Positions 50,511-64,000 are shown, numbered from the stretch's first letter. The stretch is DNA of 64,000 nucleotides from Octopus sinensis (GCF_006345805.1 NC_042999.1:16802001-16866000); one strand, 5' to 3'. Notes: generated by a model from the sequence alone, not told the origin. Numbers and translations are program-made.

Positions 50511-51199
50511 CACATATATACACACGCAAAAATATGAAAAATACGCACACGCATATATCGTTGGAAGAATGAAGTGTTAAATAGATAGTGAAAGCAAATG
50601 TCGAAAAGTATTTTGAAAAATAAATGGAGACCTTCTAAGTACACACACACACACATACACACACACACACACACTCAGACGGACACACTGACACGCATAC
50701 ATATATATGAAAAAAAAAGGAGAAAAATCTAGTCCAAGGAAGAAGAATCGATTGTGTCAGCTTCAGTTAATAATAAAATACATTATTGTAGGAATTTTTA
50801 GTAAGTTGTTACATTTGTTATGAGTAATTACATATACAGCTGTTTGCCCCTAAGAAAAAACGCAAAAATCAAAAAAGAAAAAAGAAGACAAAAAAGCCAT
50901 GATACGATAAACACTCACGCACAGACAGATAGTCATATACAGATACAAGTCCCCCGAACATCTATATGAAACATATTTCATCAAACGCTAGAGTAAAACT
51001 ACGCTTCAATAAAATAATCAATACATTTTACACGCACGGTGCCATTTAAAAAAAAAATATGATTCATGACCTACGGCTAGCTGACTGCTTTTGCTTTGTA
51101 ATCACAGAATCATAAGAAGTCAGATTTTTGACCTCTGATGGTGCTGTGATTACACAGCCAAGCACTTAGCTAGATGTTATTCGAAAATGGATGTATATA

Positions 51200-52830
51200 T
51201 ATAATGATAAATGCACACATATTTATATACATGCAAACATATATATATAGACGCATACAAGCATATATACATATACATACACACACACATATATATTTAT
51301 ATAAATATATATGTATATATATATGTATATATATATATGTGCATGTATGCGTAGGCATTATACACAAACACACACATAGACACACACATATATCAATTAT
51401 ACACAAACACACACATAGACACACACATATATCAATAAATAAATGTATTTATACATATATATATATGTGTATGCATATTATATATATACATATGCATATT
51501 ATATATATACATATATATCTCAATACATACATGCATTTATACATATGTATATTTTATATATATATATACATATATACATACATATGTATGTTCATATGTA
51601 CATACATACGATAGATATATTTATATATGTACATGCATATATATATACACACACACACACATATATATATATATGCATGTATATTATGTATGTATGCATG
51701 TATGTATGTATATATGCCCAAGTATATATGTACAAGTGTAAATGAATATCTAAAGCGAATTGCACTTACATTTCAAATTACGAATCACATCGGAAAGATC
51801 AGAGAATTATTTCGTGTGTGTTGGAAAATTAAATAGTCCAGTAATGAATCAATAGCTCTAATTACACACGCAAACACACACATCTGTATACATGCATACA
51901 TGCATACATGCATACATGCATTCATACATACATGCATACATACATACATGCATACATACATACATGCATACATACATACATACATACGTAGTTGCATACA
52001 TGCATACATGCATTCATACATACATGCATACATACATACATACATACATACATCATTACAAACTACAAACATACATGCGTACATATACATACATCATCAC
52101 ATATATCATGCGTTGCTGTGTAATCACAGCAACACCAGAGGTCAAAATCATACATACATACATGTAAACATACATACATGTACATGTATCATTACATACT
52201 ACGAACATGCATCCGTACATATATATACATAAATAAACGTATGTATACGCATAAATACGAACATGCATACATACATACGTACAAACATGCATACATACAT
52301 ACATGCATACATACATACGTACAAACATACATACATACATACATACATACATATCAACATACATACATTACATACATACATACATACCTTACAAACATAC
52401 ATACCTACATACATAACAAAAACATACATACATACATACATACATACATACATACATACATACATACATACATACATACATACATACATTACATACAAAA
52501 CCTACATACATACATACATACTTACATACATACATACATACAGACATAATACATACATACATATATACATACATACATACAAACATACATACATACATAC
52601 ATACATAACATACATACATACATACATACATGCATACATACATACATACATACATACATACATACATACATACATACAAACATACATACATACATACAAA
52701 CATACATACATACATACATACATACATGCATACAAACATACATACATACATACATACATACAAACATACATACATACATACATACATACATACATACATA
52801 CATACATACATACATACATACATACATACA
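51200..52830. repeat. Large compound (TA)n/(CATA)n microsatellite field
   Basis: Read directly from the sequence; source of HTYI/MYVC ORF artefacts. Confidence 0.95.
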
Positions 52831-53018
52831 TAAGCAAATGCCTACGTATATGCATGTGTATTTATGACCAGAGATGGATAGAGAGTGACGTTTTCTAGTT
52901 CTTTCATATCATCATGGTGTCTACAGTATTATAGCAATGTCTGAATGTCACACACATTACCCTGTGAATATATGCTCAATGTGCAAGCTGAACTGTATTT
53001 TGAAATCTTAATCGATGT

Positions 53019-53427
53019 TAGGGCTGTGAGGTAAGTAGCTTGCTGACGAACCACATGGTTCCGGGTTCAGTCTCTCTGTGTGGTACCTTGGGCAAGTGAC
53101 TTCTACTATAGCCTCGGGCCGACCAAAGCCTTGTAACTGGACTTGGTAGATGGAATTTGAAAGAAGCCCGTCGTATATATGTATAGATATATGTATATGT
53201 ATGTGTTTGTATAAGTTTGTGTGTCTGTGTTTGTCCCCCCCCCACCATCACCAGTCAACCGATGCTGGTGTGTTTACGTCTCCGTAACATAGCGGTGCGG
53301 CAAAAAAACCGATAGAATAAGTGCTAGGTTTCCAAAGAATAAGTCCTGGGGTCGATTTGCTCGACTAAAGGCGGTGCACCAGCATGGCCGCAGTCAAATG
53401 ACTGAAACAAGTAAACGAGTAACGAGT
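53019..53427 (+). mobile_element. SINE family A
   Basis: Consensus body and tail. Confidence 0.85.
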
Positions 53428-53924
53428 TACCGTCGGGATGTTTCGGTTATCTACTCAGTAAAATATTTATTTTTTCTCGTAGAATCGTCATAATGTCATT
53501 TACTGAATATAACTTTTTCTCTCTCCTGTTCCGTTCGTAAGATTTATTTATGACATTATTGTTTAATTATCACAACTCTCATTTAAAATTTCTTTCATTC
53601 TGACAGTGTTATTTCTTTCTAAGTAGATTTACATACGGTCCGTTAGTGACAGTGTTTCGGAATATTTGATGTTCTCATAAACGTTCAGCTGTCACTGATT
53701 GTTGTCTATACATAAATAATCTGAATCTTTGTTGAGTTATATCTCGGGTGGGTTATTAAGCCAGTAATAAACACATGTACTGGTTATGTTTTACTTCTTA
53801 ATCTTATCTGTTTATTTGTTATTTGGTTAAGCATTTAACCAGTTAACTAATCGATTGATAAAGTAATTGTTGATTGATTGTTCGTAAGATTAATCAAGAA
53901 ATCGAATTGGTATTTGGTTAAATA

Positions 53925-54300
53925 GTGGTACCTTGGGCAAGTGTCTTCTTCTATAGATTCGGACCGACCAAAGCCTTGTAAGTGGATTTCTTTGACGGAA
54001 ACTGAAAGAAGCCCGTCGTATATATGTATATATATATATATAATATATAATATAGATATATGTATGTATGTGTGTGTATATGATTGTGTGTCTGTGTTTG
54101 TCTCCCCCCCCCACAACATCGCTTGACAACCGATGATGGTGTGTTTACGACCCCGTCAGCTAGCGGTTCGGCAAAAGAGACCGATAGAATAAGTAGTAGA
54201 TTTACAAAGAATAAGTCCTGGGTCGTTTTGCTCGACTAAAGGCGGTGCTTCAGCACGGCCACAGTCAAATGACTGAAACAATTAAAAGAGTAAAAGAGTA
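53925..54300 (+). mobile_element. SINE family A, 5'-truncated
   Basis: Starts at GTGGTACCTTGGGCAAG. Confidence 0.8.
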
Positions 54301-54518
54301 AATAGACAAAAATAAAAACGAGTCGATCACGTTAGGAGGAGGCGGTAATTATAGATTATGTTGCACTGTGGAGCATAATTAAACCAACTGCAGGGACGAT
54401 TCATAAATAGATTTGGAGGGATTATTATTAGATCCCCACATTTTATCTGGAGAACTTTTTCTATATTAACTGTTAACGATTTTATTTACCAATCAAATAA
54501 TACGATATATATATATAT

Positions 54519-55053
54519 AAGTAAATAAATGGTACAACGAAGCACCGATATTTACTGTAAAATAGAATAGCGAACGTAATAAATACGACGCTAATGCATA
54601 GCTTCACTGCGTATGTACTAGTAAAGATGCGTGTGTGCAACAAACATGAAAAAAATTATCTTACCTCTAGGAAGAACATCTGAAAAATGAAAAAACTAGA
54701 AACGGATAATGCAGTACCGGTTTCGGATTCTTCAAAATACGTTTGCCAAACGTATATTTGATTTATCTTCATCAGCTGCATAAACCTCGACAATATTTCA
54801 AATGTTGCCACATCTATGCCAGTACACTCGTCTGAACGCCAAAACGTTAACAGAACGAGAACAGTGAAGAAGTTTCAATGAAAATAGTAATGCAATACGA
54901 GAGTATTGCTTTCCAGTAAAGGATAACCCGTGAGGGTAAAATTATACATAAAAGTAAATAAATGGTACAACGAAGCACCGATATTTACTGGAAAATAGCG
55001 AACGTAATAAATACGACGCTAATGTATAGCTTCACTGCGTATGTACTAGTAAA
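54519..55053 (-). mobile_element. Retrozyme-like / Penelope pLTR-like element, family H4: 433-bp unit with terminal direct repeats
   Basis: Direct repeats at 54519-54625 and 54952-55053 (5-bp indel, few substitutions) flank a hammerhead fold. Confidence 0.7.
54709..54781 (-). ncRNA. Type I hammerhead ribozyme motif (family H4)
   Basis: Minus strand: AUGCAG-CUGAUGA-AGAU...UCAAA-U-AUACGUUU-GGC-AAACGUAU-UUUGA...AUCC-GAAA-CCGG-UA-CUGCAU. Perfect 6-bp stem I, palindromic stem III ACCGGU, GUA site between 54715 and 54714. Confidence 0.85.
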
Positions 55054-55733
55054 TAAACTCAATAAAATAGCATTTTTACAGCGGTGAAATTTGGTTTGAT
55101 TTCGGCGATTATCTAACGTCTCTTTCTTTAACTATTCATTCTCTTCATAGACTTTATATTCACCAACGAATAATAGCATCGAACATTCGTGTTTCCCCAG
55201 TTACAAACTTAGTACATGACTGCATGTCTATAAGGATATGCAGCCTGTATCTGCGAAAGTAATACTTAGCCTTGTACGTTAGATTCTATCAATTAACTGT
55301 TGTTACGTACGAAATATAATATATGCATTTACACTTGAAATATTATAGAGAATGTTATAGTCTTTTCTTTTCCTTTATTCTCTTTCCGTTATCTGACGTT
55401 GCTAACTACATTTATTCAGTTATAGTTATTGTTTTATGCTTTCTACTTACTGTATATGCACATGCAACTGGATTTATTATGTGCACTTATGTTAAGCATA
55501 AACATAACATCTGAACTACCATGTACAGATAACAGTTTCCACATACAAACAAATGAACTGCTCCACATAAGACTACGTAAAGTAATGCATGTGTATGCTA
55601 GTAGTTATATACTTTGGCGACAATGGCAATATTCAGTTCTATGTATGTGTCAAAATATCTTTATGACTAGGATTCACGCGTAGCGGTATGTAAGACTGTT
55701 AATACATGTGTAAATATACACATGGCTATATGT

Positions 55734-55775
<42 letters not shown>

Positions 55776-55799
55776 TATATATATAGATATTATATATAT

Positions 55800-55960
55800 T
55801 CGGCCACATCGGGATCTATCTTCCTTCTCTTATGTTTCCGACGAAGAGCTCCGCTCGAAACGTCATACCCTCCTTCTTCCATTTTCCTGAGCGCCTAATA
55901 ATAATAATACTGTAATGTTCCACGTGTTGTTGTTTTTTCTGTTTTCCCGTGTGGATTAAC
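55800..55960 (+). mobile_element. Short Penelope-like element, family H2a (minimal core at 55838-55864)
   Basis: CCGACGA-A-GAGC-TCC-GCTC-GAAA-CG-TC; flanked by TA repeats. Confidence 0.6.
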
Positions 55961-56089
55961 CTATATATAATATATATATATATATATATTCATATATTCT
56001 TTTATTCTTTCATTCTTTTACTTGTTTCAGTCACACCAACATCGGTATATGCATATATATATATCACATCACCACTTCTGTTTGTGCCT

Positions 56090-56451
56090 TTATCCCAGCT
56101 CTTGTCCTATTTGGTGTATAATGGAGTTTGATTCCGCTGCCCTCGTCTGCACCTCATGTCCAGCTGTTGGTTCATCCGGTATTGTGGAGAGGATGCTGTC
56201 CAGTTTATTTTTGATGTCATCTACTTCAGCCTTATGCAGATTTCCTAATTTTTGTGACAGGGCATCGAAGTGCTGTGGGCCTTCGACCCCTAGACTATTG
56301 CAGTACCTGGTCCTGAATTCAGATGGAGTGAATGGTACCCTTGTTACAATATTTTTGTTTAATACTCAAAGTCGAAATTAGGTATTAGCCCTCCTAGAAT
56401 TTTCCATATGTAAATTATTGCATATCTCTCACGCCTTCGCTCCAGGGAATA
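56090..56451 (-). pseudogene. C-terminus of a CR1/L2-group LINE ORF2, frameshifted
   Basis: YSLERRRERYAIIYIWKILGGLIPN then, in another frame, RTRYCNSLGVEGPQHFDAL...KNKLDSILSTIPDEP...RAAESNSIIHQ*, a typical invertebrate CR1-group ORF2 ending. Confidence 0.75.
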
Positions 56452-56486
56452 ATATATGTATACATACATAATACATACACACATAC

Positions 56487-56517
<31 letters not shown>

Positions 56518-57071
56518 CATACATACATACACACAGACATATACGCTCGCTTGTGTGAATGCATGTATAAATTCATATATCTGTTCGTGTGTGTTTATGT
56601 TAAGCGTGTGTGTGTCTGTGTACATATACAATTCACGTGTCTACTTAAGAGTTTGGTGGAATTACATGTCTTTCAATCTTTTATTTCTGTATACTTTAAA
56701 TTTCCCTTTGGTTTATTTTTCATTACAAATTCTATCTCATTTCTATTATAATGTCGAAAAGAATTCTGTTTTCTTTTAATAATCACCGTATCTTCAGATA
56801 ATTTTACAACTAAATTTCTCACGCATTTTAATCAGTAGACTGTCACATTTTCCGAAGCAATCCGAAATTTTCATTTACTGAAGCTAATAGTGTTATAGGA
56901 CTAATAAATAGTTCTTCCTTTAACATTTCAACAGGTACGCTTTAAGACAACAGAAAGATTACAGTTTGAATGTATCTATGCCTCTCATCTGTCGCTATTA
57001 ACACAGCAGATATGCTTCCATTCCATTATAAGCCTAGCATACTAATTTATACTTAAAAATCAGATTATATT

Positions 57072-57250
57072 CTTTTCTAATCTAGGCACAAGGCCTGAAA
57101 CTTTTGGAGAAGAGGCCAGTCGATTAGATCGACCCCAGTACGCAACTGGTACTTAATTTATCGACTCCGAAAGTATGAAAGGCAAACTCGACCCCGGCGG
57201 AATTTCAAGAACGTAAAGACAAACGAAATTCCTATTTCTTTACTACCCAC
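57072..57250 (-). mobile_element. SINE family B, partial dimer
   Basis: Core plus the TTCCTATTTCTTTACTACCCAC junction. Confidence 0.75.
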
Positions 57251-58626
57251 ATCAATTATTATTTATTAATTCAATATAAATAGATTGCATTCCATCTAAC
57301 AGCTGTTTCTGCTTCCAGTGTTGTAAGCTATAAATATTTATAATATTTGGTAATAAAACTGATCTGAAACACGGGGTTTCATCAGATTGGAGAATAAATA
57401 AAAAAAAGAAGGGCCTGGAGAAGAAAAAGAAAAAGTTGAATATGGTTATAATCATGCCATTTTGTTTGTGTATTTCTTTGGGACGTTAAGTAATTGACTA
57501 AACTTAAAATAGTATTTGGTGGGTTAATCCTTTGTACGGGGTAGCGATAGGATGGATAAATAATACAAAATTTAAAATTGTAGTGGGATACGCCAATAGG
57601 TTTTAGTCGGAGATGGGGTGAAGATACACTAATGTTTTATATTAATCAATATTTTTTAATAATTAAGTTTATAGTACTAATAATAGTATTTATCATAATA
57701 AAGTGCTAATCGATTAAATGTAATGTTTTATTTATTGGTAGGTGGTTAATCCCTTCCGCCTGTTGTCCGAAGTGAGACAGGCTAAGGTGAAACGTTCGAT
57801 AGAATTGGTCAGTTGAAATGTAGAAACAAAAGACCAGCTATTGAGACCGTTATACGGGGTAAGATAAATAAATAAATGAATGGGTAAATGGTATATCTTG
57901 TGCGGGGCCCGAAAACGCTTTAGGATAGTATATACTAGATTAAAAATAATATGGAATAAATATTAAGAGAGAGGCCTAGTTGGACATTTAAGGAAATGAG
58001 ACCGCTGGAGGTAAAAATGGTGCAAAGGTTTTTTTCTTTAAATAGGAATACTAGTAAAAACAATGAAAATAATTTATTCTGTAGAAAAATTAGGAACATA
58101 TATGGTTATGGGGCGGTAATAACTAGGGTAAGTGGACTAAATTGGAGACTACTGGTCTACCATCCAGTGCACCTAATCAGTGAGCTGACTAGCCAATGAA
58201 ACAGCTAATTTCACAGCTAATTGGCTAAACAATCTATAAATCAGTCAGCTTAGTGGTCAATGAAATGAGTAAAAGTAAATATTCCTAATTGAAATTAATG
58301 ATTATAATTTAAAATTAAGAATTAAAAATTAAAATACCTGCTAATTGATTTTGCAGATGCAAGTTCTTACTAGAATTTGCTCATGCATTCACACATATAA
58401 AAAATTCAAGATACATATATATGCGTATGCACACACTAATATAAATATAAATATAATATATATATATATATTATATATATATATATATATAATATATATA
58501 TATATACATCCATGTGTAATGACGTACACGTATGTACACTCACATTCAACATCCGTACACTCAAGTACACACACGCCTATATACCCAGTCAATTTTAATA
58601 TATATTATATTGTTATATTAACCCGT

Positions 58627-58934
58627 ACATTGTTGTTGTTGTTCTTTGTTCCTTCTCGAGCCACGCCTGGTTCATAAGGGCCGGTTTCCCGGTTTCCTTG
58701 GCGTATAGGTTCCCCACCTAGACAGGACGCCGGGCCGTCGCAGGTGAGCTGCAAGATGCAGTGCGAAAGAGCAAGAGAAAGTTGTGGCGAAAGAGTCAGC
58801 AGAGGTTCGCCAGTACCTTCTGTCGGAGTCGCGTGGAGCTTGGGTGTTTCGCTCATAAACTGGTCTGAGATTCGAACCCGCGATCCCTCTACCGCGAGCC
58901 CGCCGCTCTAATCACTAGACCATGTGCCTTCACA
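58627..58934 (-). mobile_element. SINE family C2
   Basis: Homologous to 49952-50248; (AAC)n tail. Confidence 0.8.
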
Positions 58935-58973
58935 ACCCGAGCAAAAATACATACATAGGCAAGTTTCAACAAT

Positions 58974-59538
<565 letters not shown>

Positions 59539-60879
59539 GTGTATGTGTGCGTATTCATGTAACGTTGTTTCCCGAGGATAAGTCATCTGAACGATAATTA
59601 CAATTCTGTACCAGGGACAGAATGTATGTCGCCAATCATTCAAATAGAAAATCGAGACTCCACCAACGTAGCTACCGTCCTTAATATGGCTGCGTTAATC
59701 ATTTGGCATGGTTTCTGCAAATCACAGGATTCTTGACAAATGATTTAACTACTTCTTCCTGTAGCATCTACTACATATAAGCTGTATTCATTCTAGAATA
59801 CTTGAGATGGTTCCGAGTTATTAATGCCTGATAAAGAAACATAATTTAGTCGTGACTTTCATGTTTACAGAGGTGAGTTACGTCATTATATCGTTTTGTT
59901 ATTACTAAACAGCAGAATAAGTCTGATTGACAAACTGTTTTGACAACGGAAATAGCACAACACACATAAGAAAGAACCACTTTTCACTACTGCAAGAAAA
60001 GATGTGACCTTTACAATAGCTATATTCTACGCTCAGCTCATGCACATACAAAACGTATAGCACGCCGGCACACACAAATACACCACACATATATATATAC
60101 ACACGTATATACACAACCAAACACGTAGACATTAGAAATCAAATCACTCATTTATAAATACAATTTAACTAATTTGTCGTTATACTCAAATGATTATTAG
60201 CGTACAGTTAATGACTCATAGGAAGTTGTTTTACTATTGAATGAAACTATTATGTTAGCTAGAAGTTTACACAGTTATCATGGTGGAACATTTGCTTTGG
60301 ATTTTTAGGCGGAGAATTCAGTCAATATTATTCAGTAATATGAGGGGAAAAGCAAATATTCATTGTTAATTGATAGCGAGAGTAATGTGACGTACGGCGT
60401 AGATGGTGAGGTTAATATTGAATACTACGCTGATTAATATATGGACTAGGATGATTTTATAACTGATATTCCCATCAGAAATTAATCAAATAACTAATAT
60501 CGCAACTGGTTTCAAACTATTATCTAGTTAGTCGTCAGCGATGATATCATAAATTTTAATTGACATCGTTGTCAGGACAGGATGCATATAAAAAACAAAT
60601 ACATACAAACGCAAAATCAAAAAAAAGAGCCAAATAATCTATCAATTATTCTCTCATGAAATTTTCTAAATTAAATGAGAAGTAAACCATGGAATTATAT
60701 TTATTAACAAACAATATAAATGTAATGCAAAAGGAAAAAAATATATATATCCGAAACTGATGAAGTATAGCGTTACGGTTTTAGCCCCAATTGGATTCTG
60801 TATTTCATAAAAATATAGGAGATGACTATCTTTCTCCCGCCTTCCACCTTTCAATGTATCTCTCTTCCTCTATCACTCT

Positions 60880-61033
60880 AACTCTCTATCTATCTATCGT
60901 CCCATTTATTTGTCTATCTAACTGTAACTGCATCTCTCCGGCCCTTCTTTCTCTATCTATCTATCTATCTATCTATCTAGTTCTCCATCTATCTCTCTGC
61001 CTGTCTTTAACTGCATTCCTCTTTCCCTCTCCC

Positions 61034-61124
<91 letters not shown>

Positions 61125-61125
61125 G
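60880..61125. repeat. (CTAT)n / CT-rich microsatellite
   Basis: Read directly from the sequence. Confidence 0.9.
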
Positions 61126-61401
61126 TCCGGCTGTCTGTCTCATTGCATCTCTCTCTATATATCCATGTATCTGTCTCTGCCTCTATCTTTCTTTCTATCT
61201 ATTTATTTTTCTCTTTCTGGATTTAATGGATGTAAATAAGGTGTATCTAAGACAATGTATACTGATGCTAATTTAGAGACCCATAAAGTGGCACATTTTG
61301 ATGCATGTATACCATAATTTGTGGCACATTTGAAACCTACATCGAATAAAATATTAGTTAGCCCATTATTATATTTTTCATAGCTAGATTTCTAAATATT
61401 A

Positions 61402-61813
61402 TACTTTTATTCTTTTACTTGTTTCAGTCATTTGACTGCGGCCATGCTGGAGCACTGCCTTTAGTCGAATCAAATCGATACGAGGACTTATTCTTTGTAA
61501 GCCTACTACTTATTATATCGGTCTCTTTTTGCCGAACCGCTAAGTTACGGGGACCTAAACACACCAGCATCGGTTGTCAAGCGATGTTGGGGGGGACAGA
61601 CACAGATACACAACATATACACACACATATACATATATATGCATATATATGACGGGCTTCTTTCAATTTCCGTCTACGAAATCCACTCACAAAGCTTTGG
61701 TCAGCCCGAGGCTATAGTAGAAGACACTTGCCGAAGGTGTCTCGCAGTGGGACTGGATCCAGAACCATGTGGTTGGTAAGCAAGCTACTTACGACACAGC
61801 CACTCTTACGCCT
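61402..61813 (-). mobile_element. SINE family A, full length
   Basis: Reverse complement of the consensus. Confidence 0.85.
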
Positions 61814-62053
61814 ATTGGAAAGTTTCTAAACCTAACCACATTCTTACGCCACTGAAAATAAAACAAACCACAATGAAATATAAGGGATACGGTATAACAA
61901 TGCCTTATATTTTCTTCTATGTCAAAATATGACTGTATGATAAGAAGTCATACCAAAAATAATCTTTAGCTCTTTTACTGCCCTTAATCACAAGACTGCA
62001 ATCATGGTGGAGGCACCGTCCAGACGTGGTTTTTGTTGGTCGTATGACACCTT

Positions 62054-62813
62054 CTGGCAGAATCGTTAGCACGCCGGGCGAAATGTTTAGCGGTAGTTCG
62101 TCTGCTGCTACGTTCTGAGTCGACTTTGCGTTTCATCCTTTCGGTGTCGATAATTTAAGTACCAGTTACGCACTGGGGTCGATGTAATCGACTTAATCCG
62201 TTTGTGTGTCCTTGTTTGTCTCCTCTGTGTTTGGCCCCTTGTGGGTAGTAAAGAAATTGGTATTTCGTCTGCCGTTACGTTCTGAGTTCAAATTCCGCCG
62301 AGGTCGACTTTGCCTTTCATCCTTTCGGGGTCGATAAATTAAGTACCAATTACGCACTGGGGTCGATGTAATCGACTTAATCCGTTTGTCTGTCCTTGTT
62401 TGCCTCCTCTGTGTTTAGCCCCTTGTGGGTAGTAAAGAAATTGGTATTTCGTCTGCCGTTACGTTCTGAGTTCAAATTCCGCCGAGTTCGACTTTGCCTT
62501 TCATCCTTTCGGGGTCGATAAATTAAGTACCAGTTACGCACTGGGGTCGATATAATCGACTTAATCCGTTTGTCTGTCCTTGTTTGCCTCCTCTGTGTTT
62601 AGCCCCTTGTGGGTAGTAAAGAAATTGGTATTTCGTCTGCCGTTACGTTCTGAGTTCAAATTCCGCCGAGTTCGACTTTGCCTTTCATCCTTTCGGGGTC
62701 GATAAATTAAGTACCAGTTACGCACTGGGGTCGATATAATCGACTTAATCCGTTTGTCTGTCCTTGTTTGTCTCCTCTGTGTTTAGCCCTTTGTGGGTAG
62801 TAAAGAAAGAAAT
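62054..62813 (+). mobile_element. SINE family B tetramer (167 + 184 + 184 + about 184 bp units)
   Basis: Unit starts at 62094, 62261, 62445 and 62629; single head at 62054. Confidence 0.9.
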
Positions 62814-63248
62814 ATATATAATTCAATACGGTACTTGTCCCTAGCAAATAAATGGATATTGATACAGACATCACATCTCTGACTGACGTTAAATGTAGCG
62901 GCAGCCACAGACAGATGTACATGCATATTTTGGGGAACACATACGAAATAGAAACCGAAAAATCGGGCCCATGATTCCGGCTAGGCATTAAAAGGGCGCA
63001 TTTATTTTTTTTACATATATATATATACATATATATATAAATACACACACATACAAATATATCTATATCTATATACATATGTACATATATAGATATACAT
63101 ACGTATATGCCTACATATTTGCATCTATACATATATATTGGTATGTGCATGTGTCTCCACAAATTTATCTATGAGTGTGTGCGTGGGTGCTGGTGTGTAC
63201 GTAAATTATGAGTTCCATACAGTTTCCACGTACTTCTATAAATGATGA

Positions 63249-63284
63249 GACTTTCACCATAGCCTTAAGGCTATGGTGAAAGTC
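63249..63284. repeat. Perfect 36-bp palindrome centred on TTAA
   Basis: GACTTTCACCATAGCC-TTAA-GGCTATGGTGAAAGTC. Confidence 0.95.
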
Positions 63285-63475
63285 AATCCCACAGTTTCCG
63301 AATTGCTACGCACCAACATTCAACCTGACACCACCTCGATGCGTAACAAACTTCTTAACGACACAACCATACCTGCTTGCGTCGACACTATTTATTCCAA
63401 ATATTTACTGAAGCAAAAGACATATCCAAGAAAATAAAAGTGATTAGTTAAACAGATATAATATATTACTGTTCA

Positions 63476-63890
63476 GGCGGCGAGCTGGCAGAAACGTTAG
63501 CACGCCGGGCGAAATGCGTAGTCGTATTTCGTCTGCCGTCACGTTCTTAGTTCAAATTCCGCCGAGGTCGACTTTGCTTCTCATCATTTCGAGGTCGATA
63601 AATTAAGTATCAGTTACGCACTGGGGTTGATGTAATCGACATAATCCGTTTGTCTGTCCTTGTTTGTCCCCTCTGTGTTTAGCCCCTTGTGGGCAGTAAA
63701 GAAATAGGTATTTCGTCACTCTTTATGCTCTGAGTTCAAATTCCGCCGAGGTCTACTTTGCCTTTCATCCTTTCGGCGTAGATAAATTAAGTATCAGTTA
63801 CGCACTGGGGTCGATGTAATCGACTTAATCCGTTTGTCCATCCTTGTTTGTCCCCTCTCTGATTAGCCCCTTGTGGACAATAAAGAAATA
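63476..63890 (+). mobile_element. SINE family B dimer
   Basis: Full head; junction AAAGAAATAGGTATTTCGTC; decayed TSD of about 18 bp (AGATAYAATATRTTAMTG). Confidence 0.85.
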
Positions 63891-64000
63891 AGATACAATA
63901 TGTTAATGGTATAAATTTCATATGTTTCTCGTTGAGTACGAATCTTAATGACACACTATATGAAATTTCATATTTTATTAGTTCTACCTTGTATACACCC

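Noticed and set aside
57440-58340. Compositionally distinct block with a hairpin followed by GAAACGTTC (about 57750-57800)
   Set aside because: There is no CUGANGA upstream and no translatable RT or GIY-YIG motif; it is probably an old repeat but cannot be classified.
59765-59872. Strong acceptor/donor pair (CTTCCTGTAG ... GAG|GTGAGT)
   Set aside because: All three frames contain stops; it could be a UTR exon but cannot be supported from sequence alone.
62054-62813. Regular array that superficially resembles a CRISPR
   Set aside because: The units are whole 184-bp SINE bodies with no unique spacers, no cas genes are present, and the context is eukaryotic.

Overview
This is an AT-rich, repeat-saturated eukaryotic window that looks intronic or intergenic. 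The SINE families, microsatellite load and LINE remnants suggest a coleoid cephalopod, probably Octopus (inference from repeat recognition, not a database search). No host gene is identifiable with confidence, and almost all ORF-track entries are microsatellite or SINE artefacts. Supported content: (1) one full-length 1594-bp Tc1 (DD34E) transposon with 222-bp IR/DR-type TIRs and a transposase broken only by two in-frame stops; (2) a mariner 5' fragment; (3) 3' remnants of an R4/Dong-like and a CR1/L2-group LINE; (4) about 45 copies of four tRNA-derived SINE families, several with clear TSDs, nested or in tandem; (5) several MITEs and fold-back elements; (6) many microsatellites. The main hunt result is a set of short Penelope-like or retrozyme-like elements carrying hammerhead ribozyme (HHR) folds. 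Four have a complete type I fold (2494-2592, 10076-10149, 54709-54781, 59116-59214, all minus strand, three unrelated families) and five have degenerate minimal cores. One fold sits in a 433-bp unit with about 105-bp terminal direct repeats, and another carries an inverted partial duplication. A possible decayed HDV-like ribozyme lies at the 5' end of an RTE-like element (46873-46950). All coordinates were read by hand. TSD, TIR and ribozyme coordinates were counted exactly, while the ends of decayed repeats may be off by 5-20 bp.
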